A DNA stretch of 63,922 nucleotides, filler included, from Craspedostauros australis (taxonomy: Eukaryota): NCBI GenBank assembly GCA_030167865.1. It is 9 parts of 9 records of this genome, joined end to end, with 100 filler letters (N's around TTAATTAATTAA, not from the genome) between each part and the next. Parts side by side here need not be neighbours in the genome. Positions count along the whole stretch, not along the records: positions 1 to 28,607 come from JALAGF010002589.1; positions 28,708 to 37,558 come from JALAGF010002592.1; positions 37,659 to 47,181 come from JALAGF010002595.1; 6 more parts are not named here. The stretch is one strand, 5' to 3'. Positions 27,244 through 38,418 of this stretch are shown here, in pieces (position 1 is the stretch's first letter; each line of letters begins with the position of its first letter). The notes under the pieces are model-generated. The model saw only the letters and a program-made list of their open reading frames with translations. It did not search any database and had not been told where the DNA came from. Position numbers and translations under genes: made by a program.

Positions 27244-28607
27244 TTGCAACGAAGACGCGAAGAAGAAGGCAAGTTTCTCCGAATGCTGCTGCCTTGGATC
27301 GAATGGGAAGAGAGAATAATCGCATGTGCGCATGCGGTAGTTCTCCATACAATACACGCCTTGCACTCGTTTGTTTCCCAACATCGCCGATGGAGCGATC
27401 GAATGGTCCAAACATCGAATTTCATACATTTGCACGAAGGCTCTGGTTGCCAGCGGTTGCCACTGGCTGCCAATGGTTGTCGCAGCCACTTCATCTGCCA
27501 CCAATTTGCTTCTACCCCGAACGATGGAGGTCGTGAGGTCGAATTGGCTGGTCATTCATGTCCTGCAATACAGCACAATCTACGACTGCTCATAGTTGCA
27601 TGGTTCGAGCAAGGACTCTTACCACACATGCCACTACCTGCTTACAGTATATACCCCATTTACTCTAGCCCAACATCACCATTGAAGAAACCAGTGCTCA
27701 AATAGAGCATGCTCCTCCAACCCTTGCGGAGTATGCAAGGAGAGCACTCGTACAAGCAGTGCGCTCTATCGCATTCATATTTCCTGTCCATGCTTACTGT
27801 ACATACATGTGCTTGTTCTCGCCAAGGCTCCACCAGCCAGAGCACACCGAGTTTTGCCACCAGAGCGCTCGTCGTGTCGTTTGGTCTCTTTGACCTGCAT
27901 TATGCATCCGCTCTTCTACCTCTGACTATCCACAAATGTTCCATCCAGACGATCGGAGAGATGTATCATTCCATGTCGTCACGGGAGAAGCCTCGCGAAA
28001 CAACTCCCGCTGCCCCTCCTTGGTACCCTACAGTCCGAAGTCTCCCTTGCACCCGCTGGCTGCCTACCCAAGAGGCGCACAGACTGGCTTCCCGCTACGA
28101 CTCTGCTAGTACGACTACGAGTACCCCAAAGCCAGAGGGCCTTCTAGTGCCTCAAAGAGCCGGCTGTAACCAATTTTTTTGGTTACAGTTGGTTACAGTT
28201 GGTTACAAGAATAATGTCGTGTAGATCGTGGTACACGTTCTACGTAAGTCCCGAACAAAAAAGGCCAAAAACAGCATCAACCAAAGTTAAACTCTCCGGA
28301 CTTAGCTCGTATGGACCATCCTGTACTCGTCTCTCTATAGTAGCATCATATGGCGTTTATATATACAAAACTAAAGTTTGGTGTCTGTTGCTCTCTTGCT
28401 CGGTGAGCACTGATGCCATTCATCAAGCACCCCCATCATTCACGGACGTTTTTGGCTTCTGATTGCCATGTTTTCTTATTCTGATTGGTCCAAAGAAGTG
28501 TTCCAACCATCGCTGACGTCACGATGACGCAGGTGTTGGAACCAGATTTCTCCAAACTTGCCACCGAAATTGGGGATCCGAGTGGTCAAATATCATTCCG
28601 ACCTCCA

Positions 28608-28707
28608 NNNNNNNNNNNNNNNNNNNNNNNNNNNNNNNNNNNNNNNNNNNNTTAATTAATTAANNNNNNNNNNNNNNNNNNNNNNNNNNNNNNNNNNNNN
28701 NNNNNNN
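28608..28707. other. Artificial scaffold linker (44 N + TTAATTAATTAA + 44 N); identical linkers at 37559-37658, 47182-47281, 51528-51627, 57392-57491, 59107-59206, 60718-60817 and 62232-62331
   Basis: Eight exact 100-nt copies. TTAATTAATTAA gives stop codons in all six frames. Confidence 0.97.
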
Positions 28708-29943
28708 TTGGATGTCATCGATGACGAAGATGAGGGGACAGAAGTTGCAGATGATCTGGATCAACCTCCGCAGAGCGAACTTGAGCCGATCCCCGTGGGC
28801 ACGGTATCCGATTTGATCATTCCACGGTCTCGCGAGACTGTGTCTGCCAGACGTGCATGTGGATAGGCTGGCGACAGAAGCATCGTCCCTTCTGGCTGTG
28901 CCGAGAACGAGCGCATGCTGAATACCATAGACGACCTGAGGGAGGTCCGGGATGACAGCGGACAGCACCCTGATCTCTCCCTTGGTGAGGCCCTTGGTGA
29001 AGAGCTTCCGAAGGGCGGAAAGCCGTCGAGGATCGTCGAGAGCAGATGGTGTGTGTTGGTCAGCTCCTGGGGAGTGCGTTGAAGGAGTGCCGGGATGGCT
29101 GGTTGAAGAAAGGTTGCTGCGTGCCTGCTCGCTTTCCAATGATGTGGAAAGCGTCTTGTCACCCATGTTGAGGGACGACATGATGACTTTGGCATGGATG
29201 TCTTCTTCGTCGCGAGGCAAGCATAGGATCTGGTTGCATAGATCCATCAATGCAGATTTGATCCCAGCGTACGGTTGCTCCGCATTCATCTTGGAGATCT
29301 CGCACTTGCCAGACACGAAGAAGCCGTGGAAGGGGTGGTGCACGTTGCTGCTGCTGTTGGTGGCATTGAGAATGTTGGCATTGTGTGATGCAGCGAACTT
29401 CTTGACTTGCATGGCAAGTGCAGTCTTTCCACTTCCCGAATGTCCCGAGATGAGAACAAGTGTTCTCTTGGATGATCGTACCGTTTGCAACATCATCTCA
29501 TCGTCAACGTTGGATGATGACTCTGTTGACGAGTCTGTTGCTGCTGATGTTGCTGCGTCCACTGGTTCATGGGAGCCGCTGTGATGTGGAGCCTTGTTAC
29601 TCGACTCGCTATTGCCGTCAGAGAGTCGCCTTTCACGTTGCAGGCAGGTGATGTTGAATACGTGTCGCAGCATGCGGATCTCCTTGCTCCTGCCGATGAG
29701 ACCGACTGCCTCGAAGGGTAATTCCTGGTCATTCCGCTGCAGCAGGTTCTGTGAGTCAAATGGAGTGATGGCAGACGAAGCATCGTCGACCACGCTGACA
29801 TCTTCCTGCGTAGACTGCCGCTTCAGCTGTGGCTTTGATGGGATGGCGTCGGCACCGTTGGCTATGCCATCGGCCACATCCCGTTGGATGGAGATACCGA
29901 CGTTGTTGGTATCGGTGCGGCGTGAGATGGCTCCGGGCGTCAT
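28708..29943 (-). CDS. STAND-like AAA ATPase (AAA_16-type), N-terminal part, truncated by scaffold end
   Basis: ATG at 29943 (MTPGAIS). Motifs LIGRSKE, Walker A ISGHSGSGKT, FFVSGK, QPYAGI and Walker B IFVIDDIQ immediately before the gap. Confidence 0.85.
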
Positions 29944-30771
29944 TGTCGGATTGCACAATAGCGTGATGTGCAAGTCTGTGATACTCGATGCAATATGTGA
30001 TGCGCAGTGTGATCGTACGTATGGCACGGGGGCATGAATTGAGACGGGATGTGCTCGAAATGCGAGAGAATGAGATTATGTGCTTGCCTGCGTCTGTGAT
30101 GGCGTCTGGTCATTCCATCACGCTCCTTGCTGAACGACAGGTGACCTCTTGCAGATGCAGAATACGGTGTGATTTGATGCTTTGTGCGGGCAGTTTGTTC
30201 CCTCGACGTTCTCCCGCATGTTGTCACATGTCCACGAAAACGAAACATGGACTCTTGAGCAGAGTTGCCACAGACGCTGAACAGCCGTGACCGCAAACAT
30301 TGCATCTGCTCATCCAACCAGCGAAAACTTCTTGGTACTGTGGGTTGTGCCAGTCGACGGTCCGCCCACGTCGAGTACTGGCGATGCTGGGACTCCTCGT
30401 GTGGTCAACCAATCGCACAAAGAGCAGAGAACGTTGGAGTGATGCGCTCTTGTGCAAGTTGGTTGACGCTGAGCACGAACCGCAACAAGAAAGTGAGAGG
30501 AATAACGCCGGTGTTGCCAGCGGAAGAATGGAGCCCCCAATGACTTCGCGCGGCTTTGCCAGCGAATGATTGTGATCGTTATTCAAGATTTCGAGATTAA
30601 TTGCAATGTTCACATGTGACGGGGACACTCGGCAGAAAGGCGGGATTCCATTCAACCTTCCACACGTTAAGTAATTTCGCATCATGACATTCTATGCCTG
30701 TCATTCAGAATTGTCGCGTTTGGCGTCAATTACTCCCTTTAGAAAGCCTTGAGTCGCAACAGAGAAACTCT

Positions 30772-30835
30772 CGACATTCCCGACAAAGCGCCCAACATTC
30801 TCGACATTCCCGACATTCCCGACAAAGCGCTCGAT
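30772..30835. repeat. Degenerate 9-bp-period repeat (CGACATTCC / CGACAAAGC)
   Basis: Read directly, about 7 units. Confidence 0.7.
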
Positions 30836-31126
30836 ACTCGTCACAAGACAGTCGACGCGCTTGAGTGCCATTGCCGATCTGCTTGAGCTCGCTGTTGGAG
30901 AACGTTGATGGAGTGTGTCCTGGTGCGATCCATGAGTTTTGCCCCGAACACACCAGACACCACTCAAAGCGCTGAGGCTGTTTGGATCGTTACAGTGCGT
31001 TCATTGGTGCTACTGTGGGGATTCGGACAATCAAGGGACAACCTTTTCCATTTGATGACACCACAACACCCCATTTCGCCTCACGTCATTTTGCCTCGCA
31101 TCATTCCGCCTCACATCATTTCGCCC

Positions 31127-31199
31127 CACATCACATCACATCACACCACACCACACCACACCACACCACACCACACCACATCGCACCACAACGCATCAC
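31127..31199. repeat. (CACAY)n pentanucleotide microsatellite
   Basis: Run of CACAT/CACAC units. Confidence 0.85.
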
Positions 31200-31649
31200 T
31201 TCGCGTGCAAAAAGACAACTAATTGAGCCTGTTAGTTCGATTTTTCGTGTGCTGTTGTGACACGATCCGGAAGGGATGGTCTAGTTGACTGCCAGATTCG
31301 AGGAATCTGATGGTGAAGTCAACTTGGGGCCACCGTCTGGGGATTAGTAGTGAATGACAATGAAGTAGATTAGTGTTATTGTGCTGATCTTGAGTTGTGC
31401 TATTTGTTATTTGAATAGTCTGCATTGTGAGTTGATCAGTTTGAGATGNNNNNNNNNNNNNNNNNNNNNNNNNNNNNNNNNNNNNNNNNNNNNNNNNNNN
31501 NNNNNNNNNNNNNNNNNNNNNNNNNNGGTCCTCTCTTTCTCTCTTTCTCCAGTATCTCATCGTAGTTGTTCTACGTTCGAGTACTAAGCTTTGACACCTT
31601 GATTGAGGTTGAGATCGAGAACACAGGTTGTCGGGTCGAGGGAATTGAT

Positions 31650-31993
31650 GTTGGATTCCCTGCATGTGTTGAAGCAGGGAAGATCTCTTGACTGTTGTCA
31701 TGCAGGGTTATCAGGTTGGATAGCTGACAACGGAATTCAGGTTGGCTGCATTACAATAGTTCAGGAGAGCACATAGTTCCCAGGGTATCTTGATCCCATT
31801 GACTTCGGATAGTATTTGAGTCAGTGGTGATTCATGATTGAGTGTGGGAGAAGGAGGGAAAGGAGTGATTGTTCTGTATTTGTTGGTGGGAGGTTTCGCG
31901 CCAAAATTTCGCGCCAAAATAATTTCATGGTGCGACAAGGAACACACTGAGTAAAAAGTAGTCCATTCTTTAGATGAACTTCAACTCTGTTCT
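31650..31993. mobile_element. Dispersed repeat, copy 1 (homologous to 59250-59580), containing tandem TTTCGCGCCAAAA
   Basis: Collinear blocks shared with 59250-59580: GGATTCC..GTTGAAGCAG, GAGCAYATAGTTCCCA, GGAGGGMAAGGA, CGCGCCAAAA(G)TAATTTCA, AAAGTAGTC and TGAACTTCAACTC. Confidence 0.65.
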
Positions 31994-32061
31994 TTGTTTT
32001 GCTGATTGGCATTGAACTATAATAGGTTATTCCAGAGAGTGTTGCTTGATGGTCATTCGAC

Positions 32062-32586
32062 TCACTTGGAGCTCTTCTTCTTCGATGCTTGCTGGATCGC
32101 GAGGTAATGAATAAACTTCTGATGGCGGACCTCCTGATAAATTCGATGGCGAAACACGTCCTTGCTAAAATGCATGTACTCCTTGCATGTCTTTTGGAAC
32201 TCGGATGGTGGCAGTCGAGTGTGTCGGTTGTTCTTGACATCATCAGAAAGCAGTGCCTTTGCCTCAGACATGTCGAATACTGGCTGTCCCATGTTGTTGG
32301 TTGATGCTCTTAGATGCATTGCACGATCATGTTCAAGCGCTCTGCATTCCAAGCACGATCTTACATGCTGCTTGCTGGCTTTCTTCTTGTAGTCGTTGTA
32401 TCGTGCCTTGAATTGACCAAACACCACACCAGAAAATTCAGGCGTGTCGCGATAGACCTCGAATGCAACCTCAGCAGGATACTCTTTGTTGTACAATACT
32501 CCACTGGGTTCCAAATCCTCCATCAGGATTGCCCGCGCTGGGCTCTTCCTCCAATCGATCCAACCAGGTTGAGTTGACTTTGGCAT
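32062..32586 (-). CDS. Hypothetical basic protein with two internal ~60-aa repeats (174 aa), possibly transposon-associated
   Basis: Intact ATG ORF. Repeats WRKSPARAILMEDL...TPEF...FKAR and FDMSEAKALLSDDV...CKEY...FRHR. Lys-rich NLS-like C-terminus. Confidence 0.7.
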   Translation of the reverse strand: MPKSTQPGWIDWRKSPARAILMEDLEPSGVLYNKEYPAEVAFEVYRDTPEFSGVVFGQFKARYNDYKKKASKQHVRSCLECRALEHDRAMHLRASTNNMGQPVFDMSEAKALLSDDVKNNRHTRLPPSEFQKTCKEYMHFSKDVFRHRIYQEVRHQKFIHYLAIQQASKKKSSK

Positions 32587-33042
32587 TGTTGAATTTATGA
32601 CTCATTTGCAGTGGTCCAGACAGGAGGACGTGAGTGGGGCAGATTCGAGCTCTTGTTCCAATCAGCATTGTGCGGAAACCTTGTACTGTTCTTCTACTGT
32701 TGAACAGAGTGTAGAATACGAAACGCGATCTATTGATGCATGTGGGGCAATCACCATGATGTCCATCATGAACCACAAAGTTTCTTGAATTGTCTTTATC
32801 CATAGTGCCGATCCAATGCTATGTGGTTTGTTGTTGTCTTGTCTATGTAAGAAAGTTCTATGGAGCAATGCTGAGGCGGGTCTTGAAGCAATGCTATGTC
32901 GTAGCTTTTGTGAAAGCAATGACGATGCCACGGAGGTGATGAGTGTCAACTTTGACATGCATCTAGGCTGCAGTTCGACTATTTTGCAACCAGACATCGC
33001 ACAAATTGCAGGTTGCATCTAGTAATACATGTAGCACCAAAC

Positions 33043-34260
33043 ATGACGCTCCCTGTTGTCTAAGATGCTGTGCTCAAACTTTTGCTTCAGGAGATCCAGA
33101 ACTCCCCGATCCCTCTCAACCTGATCAACCTACGAGAAGTGTGCAACTCCAACCCAACCGTGTATGGGCTGTCTGGGACAACCAAGCGCAGAGCAGTCCA
33201 GAAACGCTTCTCCAACATCCAGAGGCTCACACCGAAAGGATACGAGAAGCTGTTGACAAGGCTTGGAATCGATCCAACCAGCAACACCAAGATCCACACT
33301 CCGGTGACAGCGACTACTGCAACACCAGCAACTACTGCAACACCAGCGACAACCTCCTCAGCCGCTACCGCCACCGCTGTTGCCGCCGCTGCTGCCATCA
33401 TAGAAAACACAGACGAAGACGACCTCACCTCCGCATTTAGCCGTCTACGGGTAACTTCGCCACCATCCACAAGGGCGACTCCCAGCTTCTCTCGCCCCCA
33501 ACAATCTTGCGACAATTCTCTTCAATCACCTCTACTTCGCCCATACACTACAATGACCGCAAGAGCTCTGTTCATGCCACCTGGTGCTGTGGACACTGTC
33601 AGCATCTCCCCATCCGCGGCAAGTCTCGAATCGCTCGAAACGCTCGTTCAAGAGCAGCAAGGAACACGCAATCGCCCATTCATCACGATGGTCAGTGTGG
33701 ACCATCCTGAGCGCAACCGTGAGTTCAACATGCAACACATGTCTGGCATCAACCACAATGATCACACGTTGAACGCTTTCCATATTTCCAAATCCATCCT
33801 GCCACCAGACTTCAATGAATGGAAAGCAACAATCCCAGCAACCAAAGCAGAGTTGGCAGGCCGTGTCATCCAAATTGAGGGCCCTTCTGTTGACTTCTGG
33901 ACCCGTGATCATGAACGGTACCACAAAGACCTGGAGTGCGGTGCCACCAAGCTCGCCCACCAGTCCACACAAGTCGCAATCGACGAAGCGCAGGGACGCA
34001 GCGCTTGTTTCTATTGGTTGGTGTTTCCAGATGTTGTCCGTCTTGACAACACTGTGTTCTCCAACAACAACGCAACGCTCAAAGAAGACCACATCCCACT
34101 CGAAGCAGATGTGAACGAGTTCGGATTTGATGAAGGCAGTGTGCTGACTGGGTTGATCATTTATTGGAGAATTGGTTTGGATGGTAGCGTTCGCAGCACC
34201 AAGGATAAGGCTAAAACGACCGCTGGTGGGATCTTCAAGAAGAAGAAGACGGGCGCTTGA
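33043..34260 (+). pseudogene. Hypothetical protein (~400 aa), divergent partner of 32062-32586, with an early in-frame stop
   Basis: ATG 33043 is followed by TAA at 33061-33063 in the frame of the long 33070-34260 ORF. N-terminal helical domain (KLLLQEIQ..VYGLSGTTKRRAVQKR), Thr/Ala linker, C-terminal domain (GTRNRPF..HPERNREF), KKKK tail. Confidence 0.6.
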
Positions 34261-35900
34261 ATGCATTCTGTTTGTTGTGGTTAATTGATAGTAAGACTAA
34301 TTGAGGCTACTTGTGCTTTGTTGAGTGTTGCTGGTTGTCTTTCCATCTGTTTGTTGGTTCGCAACGATTTTTAGATGTACATGTGAGTAGATGTCGAGAT
34401 GTACATGTGTATGTGCATCGTTCACCTGTTATTCTCTCATACGCACTTGGACGGTACAACTACACTCGTGTTGATAGTACGCTGTGATTTGTCAGAATCA
34501 CAGTGGAAATGGAACACACGAAAATGAGCAGAATTTTTGGAGGAAATTTGCAATCGACGATTTCTGAGAGAATTAGAATATCGTCCATCCATCCATCAAT
34601 GGAAACGTATGGTATCGAGCGAAGCTCGATGTACCTCCCAACTAAACCCCAGATGACGACATCATCTGACAGACCACTGCATCACCAATGGAACATGACA
34701 TCTGGAGGAACAGGAAGACGACAGCTGACGTAGGCAGGATGTCATTGTTTCGCCACGTCAACATCTGTCTCCATGTCAGAAGCAGAGGGTGAAGATTCGA
34801 TAACCGAAGGGCATTGAGATCGTGGATACACAAAGAGGATTTCAAGTGGCAGGTACTTGTGGAGTAGGAACTAGCAATGAACAAATGGAGTGTCAAATGC
34901 AGAGTACGCATTGAATGTGAGGTATCGTGTAGCACGAGTACACGATATTGAGAGAGAGAATACGAAGAGTAGCGAGAGAGCATCTTGCACACCGACTCAT
35001 AGTCGGACGACCCAATCTACGAAACAAACAAACGTGCCAAGAGCATCGGGCAAGAGAACGGAGACACCGAGAGGATCAGAGTGCCAACGTAATGAAATAG
35101 CAAACGAAACGACTATCAACCAACACTGTCTTCCATGATCGTAGGCTTCCGTGAGCGGAACTTGCCAACACACTTCACCGATCCTTTGCCGGTTTGTCAT
35201 CAGTGATCCGTTCACAGGCCATCTCACACTTCGTGACATCGACATGTTACAAAAACTCTTGTTTCATTCGCTGCGACATGGGGGCCGTAGTCGCGTGTAT
35301 CGTGATGCTGGTCACGAATCCAACATCGCCGCCCCCTGCGACATACGCGTGTGACTCCCATTCCTGCATTGAGGTCATGAACGTCACAACCCGGTTCGCA
35401 TTCGGCATGTGACGTTCTCCACCTCAAAACATGTGCAGCTCACAATTTTGGTGTCACAAAGATCCAAAGTGGGAGTCGCAGTAATATATCGTTTCACGAC
35501 GCTCGATTCCATACACATGGGAGGTGCGGCAATTCTATGTTATAGAACGCCCGGTTCCTGACACACAAGTGTTGTCAAAGGGATTCGAACCTCGTCTCCC
35601 ACAACTTGGGAGCAACGAATTTGTGTTTATCTCGGACAGAATGCTTCTGGGAAGCATGACAACCAAATTCTGTCATAGTTTATGTGTGCATACATCGGAC
35701 TCACTACAACGACTTTCTGTCTGGACGTCTGCTCGCATGTCGCAGAGGTGTCAACCCACCCCACCGTCTAGCTTCCACACCAGCCACGAATGTACTATGT
35801 TATTCCTCGGAACTTCCCTTACGCACAACGCATCATTTTTGTAAATTCAGTCTTTTCATATCGATTGATGCAGATCTACTCCATCGCTTCCCATTTCTGT

Positions 35901-37558
35901 TTATTGGAACAGGTTCTGCGTCTTGGCCTCCAGCACTTCCACCTTCTTCAGCGCTCCCCACTCCCTGTACAGCCTCGATGACTCTCCGTACCGAGACTTC
36001 GCATCATCGCGACGACCGTAGTCCATCAAACAATCAGCAAGCCGCTCATTCGCCGTTGCCTCGTCATGAATGTACCCGCGTTGCGATGCACTTTGGATGC
36101 TTTGCACGTACAGCACGATCGCGGAGCTGTGCTTGCCACGCAGGAAGTGCTCTTCGGCTTTCAGAATCGTGAGATAGTGGGGACAGTTGGGATGGCCCTG
36201 CTTGTTCCACACCTTCAGCTGCTTTGTGCACTGTCGGGCCGTCTTGAGGTACTTTCGGCTCGATTTGGCGTCTTGTTGTGATGCAGCAAAGCATGTCAAC
36301 GCTGCACGGAAAAGCATTGGGGGCACGGTGGACGCACCCGGTGTCGCCTCGGCCAATGCGAGGGCAGATGCGACGGATAGTTTGGCACCCATCTCGTATT
36401 CACCAAAGAAGCAGCAAAGTTCCGCTTTGGTCACGTCGAGCGCTTGCTTCCAAACCATGCTCATCGAACTATTTCCATCGTTATAATCCTCGCGCTCATC
36501 GAAGGCATCCCCGATGAGAAGGATAGAATGCTTGGATGCACCGCGGAGATTCATAATCTTCTGCCACGACATCGATAAGATGTGATGCTGCTGGGTCTGA
36601 TTAAAATCCAGCAACACCTTGGTGTATGTCGCGCAATCGGCGTCGACTTGGGATAGCCGAGTTCCGTCAAAAAAGGAGAACGCGATGTGCACGGAGATGC
36701 TCCAAGACGCAATTTCCAAATCACCACATGCCGTGCTCATGCGATATGCCTCCATTAATGGCTCTTTGATCTCTTCCATCGGTTGATTCCAGTGCTGAAT
36801 CATGCCGTAAAACGTATAGACAATCGCGGGTTCGGTGGTGGGGTGATCTAACCTGGCCAGCATTTCTAGCGAAGCTCGTCCCAAATTCTCACGTGCCTTG
36901 ACATCGCCCATAACAGAACCCGTGATGATTCCCAGAAAGATGAAGGCGATCGGGGAATGCTCGGATATGCCGTACTTGAACGTTCGTTGGAAAGTCTTGA
37001 CTGTAATGATGGGTATGAGCTCTGGGTCGGTGAGGTAACAGAGCGTGACAAGCTTACCCAACGTGCTCATTACCGCGTCTTCCTTCTCATGTTCATTCAG
37101 CGGGAGCTTTGCAATGGATTCCGATGTCAACGATTGAGCAGCGCGCTTCACCTTGAGGAGTCCAGAGATGGTCGCGAACGTTCGCTTCATCCCCGGCTTT
37201 GGGATGCTGCAGCCCAGCTGTGACAAGACACTCAAGCAAAGCTGCACTGCGACAGATTTCTCTCCATCCTTCTTGTGCTCGGCTGCTGCGATGTCTGCCA
37301 GTGTATGGTAGGCATCGATCTTCTCCAAGATGTCGCACTTGGATTCGACGATGATGTTGCAGTATCTGCGGGACCTACCGAGATCCCCCGTGACGAAGGC
37401 GCACTCTGCTGCGGAAGAATAGACTTGCAACGTCTCTTCTTGCATCACGTCCCAGTAATTGGGTGGGAGAAGGCCGATAGCACAACGGAAGTATCCGAGG
37501 GCCAACCGAAATGCGGAACAACCGACGGCCTTGGTGCCGGCGTCGAAGTTGAGCATCA
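35901..37558 (-). CDS. TPR-rich C-terminal part of a STAND-like AAA ATPase protein, 5'-truncated by scaffold end
   Basis: 551-aa helical ORF running in from the gap. LNFDAG..SAF..A..YF..AI.LL....W, FKYGISEHSP, GDLEIA and HDEATANERLA..Y..WGA..KV match the post-ATPase region of AAA-containing multi-sensor kinase-like proteins. Confidence 0.82.
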
Positions 37559-37669
37559 NNNNNNNNNNNNNNNNNNNNNNNNNNNNNNNNNNNNNNNNNN
37601 NNTTAATTAATTAANNNNNNNNNNNNNNNNNNNNNNNNNNNNNNNNNNNNNNNNNNNNATTCTCATCCA

Positions 37670-37740
37670 CCCCCCAAAATAAATGTCTCTATCAGGTTAT
37701 TTTGGACCCTGGGACTCATCAAATTACATGCGATATCTCC
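37670..37740. mobile_element. Transposon-end-like repeat shared with 50528-50600
   Basis: AAATGTCTCTATCWGGTTAT matches at 19/20, followed by TGGGACTC and TGCGA..TCTCC in the same order. It lies at a scaffold start. Confidence 0.6.
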
Positions 37741-38418
37741 CTTGTATCTTCGAAAGATGAGCGAGTTTGGTGTGTGGTCGGACTTCGAGCGTGGTAGCGT
37801 GCGCATGAGTCCTTGCAGGTTGTATCCGCACACTCTTGCGACGAGTTGGTCACATCACATGGCACCTCTCCTCATCCAGAACAAGCCCGTCTTCCGACAG
37901 GACCTGCAACTGACATTCATTCGGGATCTCCATCGAAGGTGAGCATGCCAGGGGATGGCATTCTTGTGGCTGGACCCATCTCTTGGTGTTGATGGTGATC
38001 TCCCGCGTTGCGAGGGTCCGCAAGCTTGTTTGGCGACAGTTGATCTTTTTGTTCTTTCATTTCCGTGCTTGGTTCGTTCATCTCTTTGGCCGATCCGGGT
38101 CGGATTGCATGCGTGCCGAAGGAGTGGCCGAGAGCTATGGCATGATCAACAATTCGTCATGCGTGGTTGGTGCAGCGAGTCGCATTCGCTGACTCTTGTA
38201 TCTCACAATTTCTCATCTCGTCTACTCGACGAGCTATTCGAAACCGACGCACTATCCAATTGTCATACCCGTACTGCCTCGAACGATTGACACATTCCAA
38301 CCCACCATGCGTACGTAATCCAGCGGCGGAGGCGCAGCAAGCGTCCAACAGTGATCGGTTGCTGGTACAGAGACAGTAACGATCGCATTTGGAATCGAGA
38401 ACATCTGTTGACGAGGAC

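Noticed and set aside
28652..28663. TTAATTAATTAA as a biological motif (piggyBac TTAA site or regulatory palindrome)
   Set aside because: It is always centred in exactly 44+44 Ns, eight times over, so it is an assembly linker.
35575..35660. Possible tRNA or SINE on the minus strand (B-box GGTTCGAATCC at 35581-35591 with nearby small hairpins)
   Set aside because: The T-stem is mismatched and I could not build an acceptor stem, D-arm or A-box at the right spacing. At most an isolated B-box.
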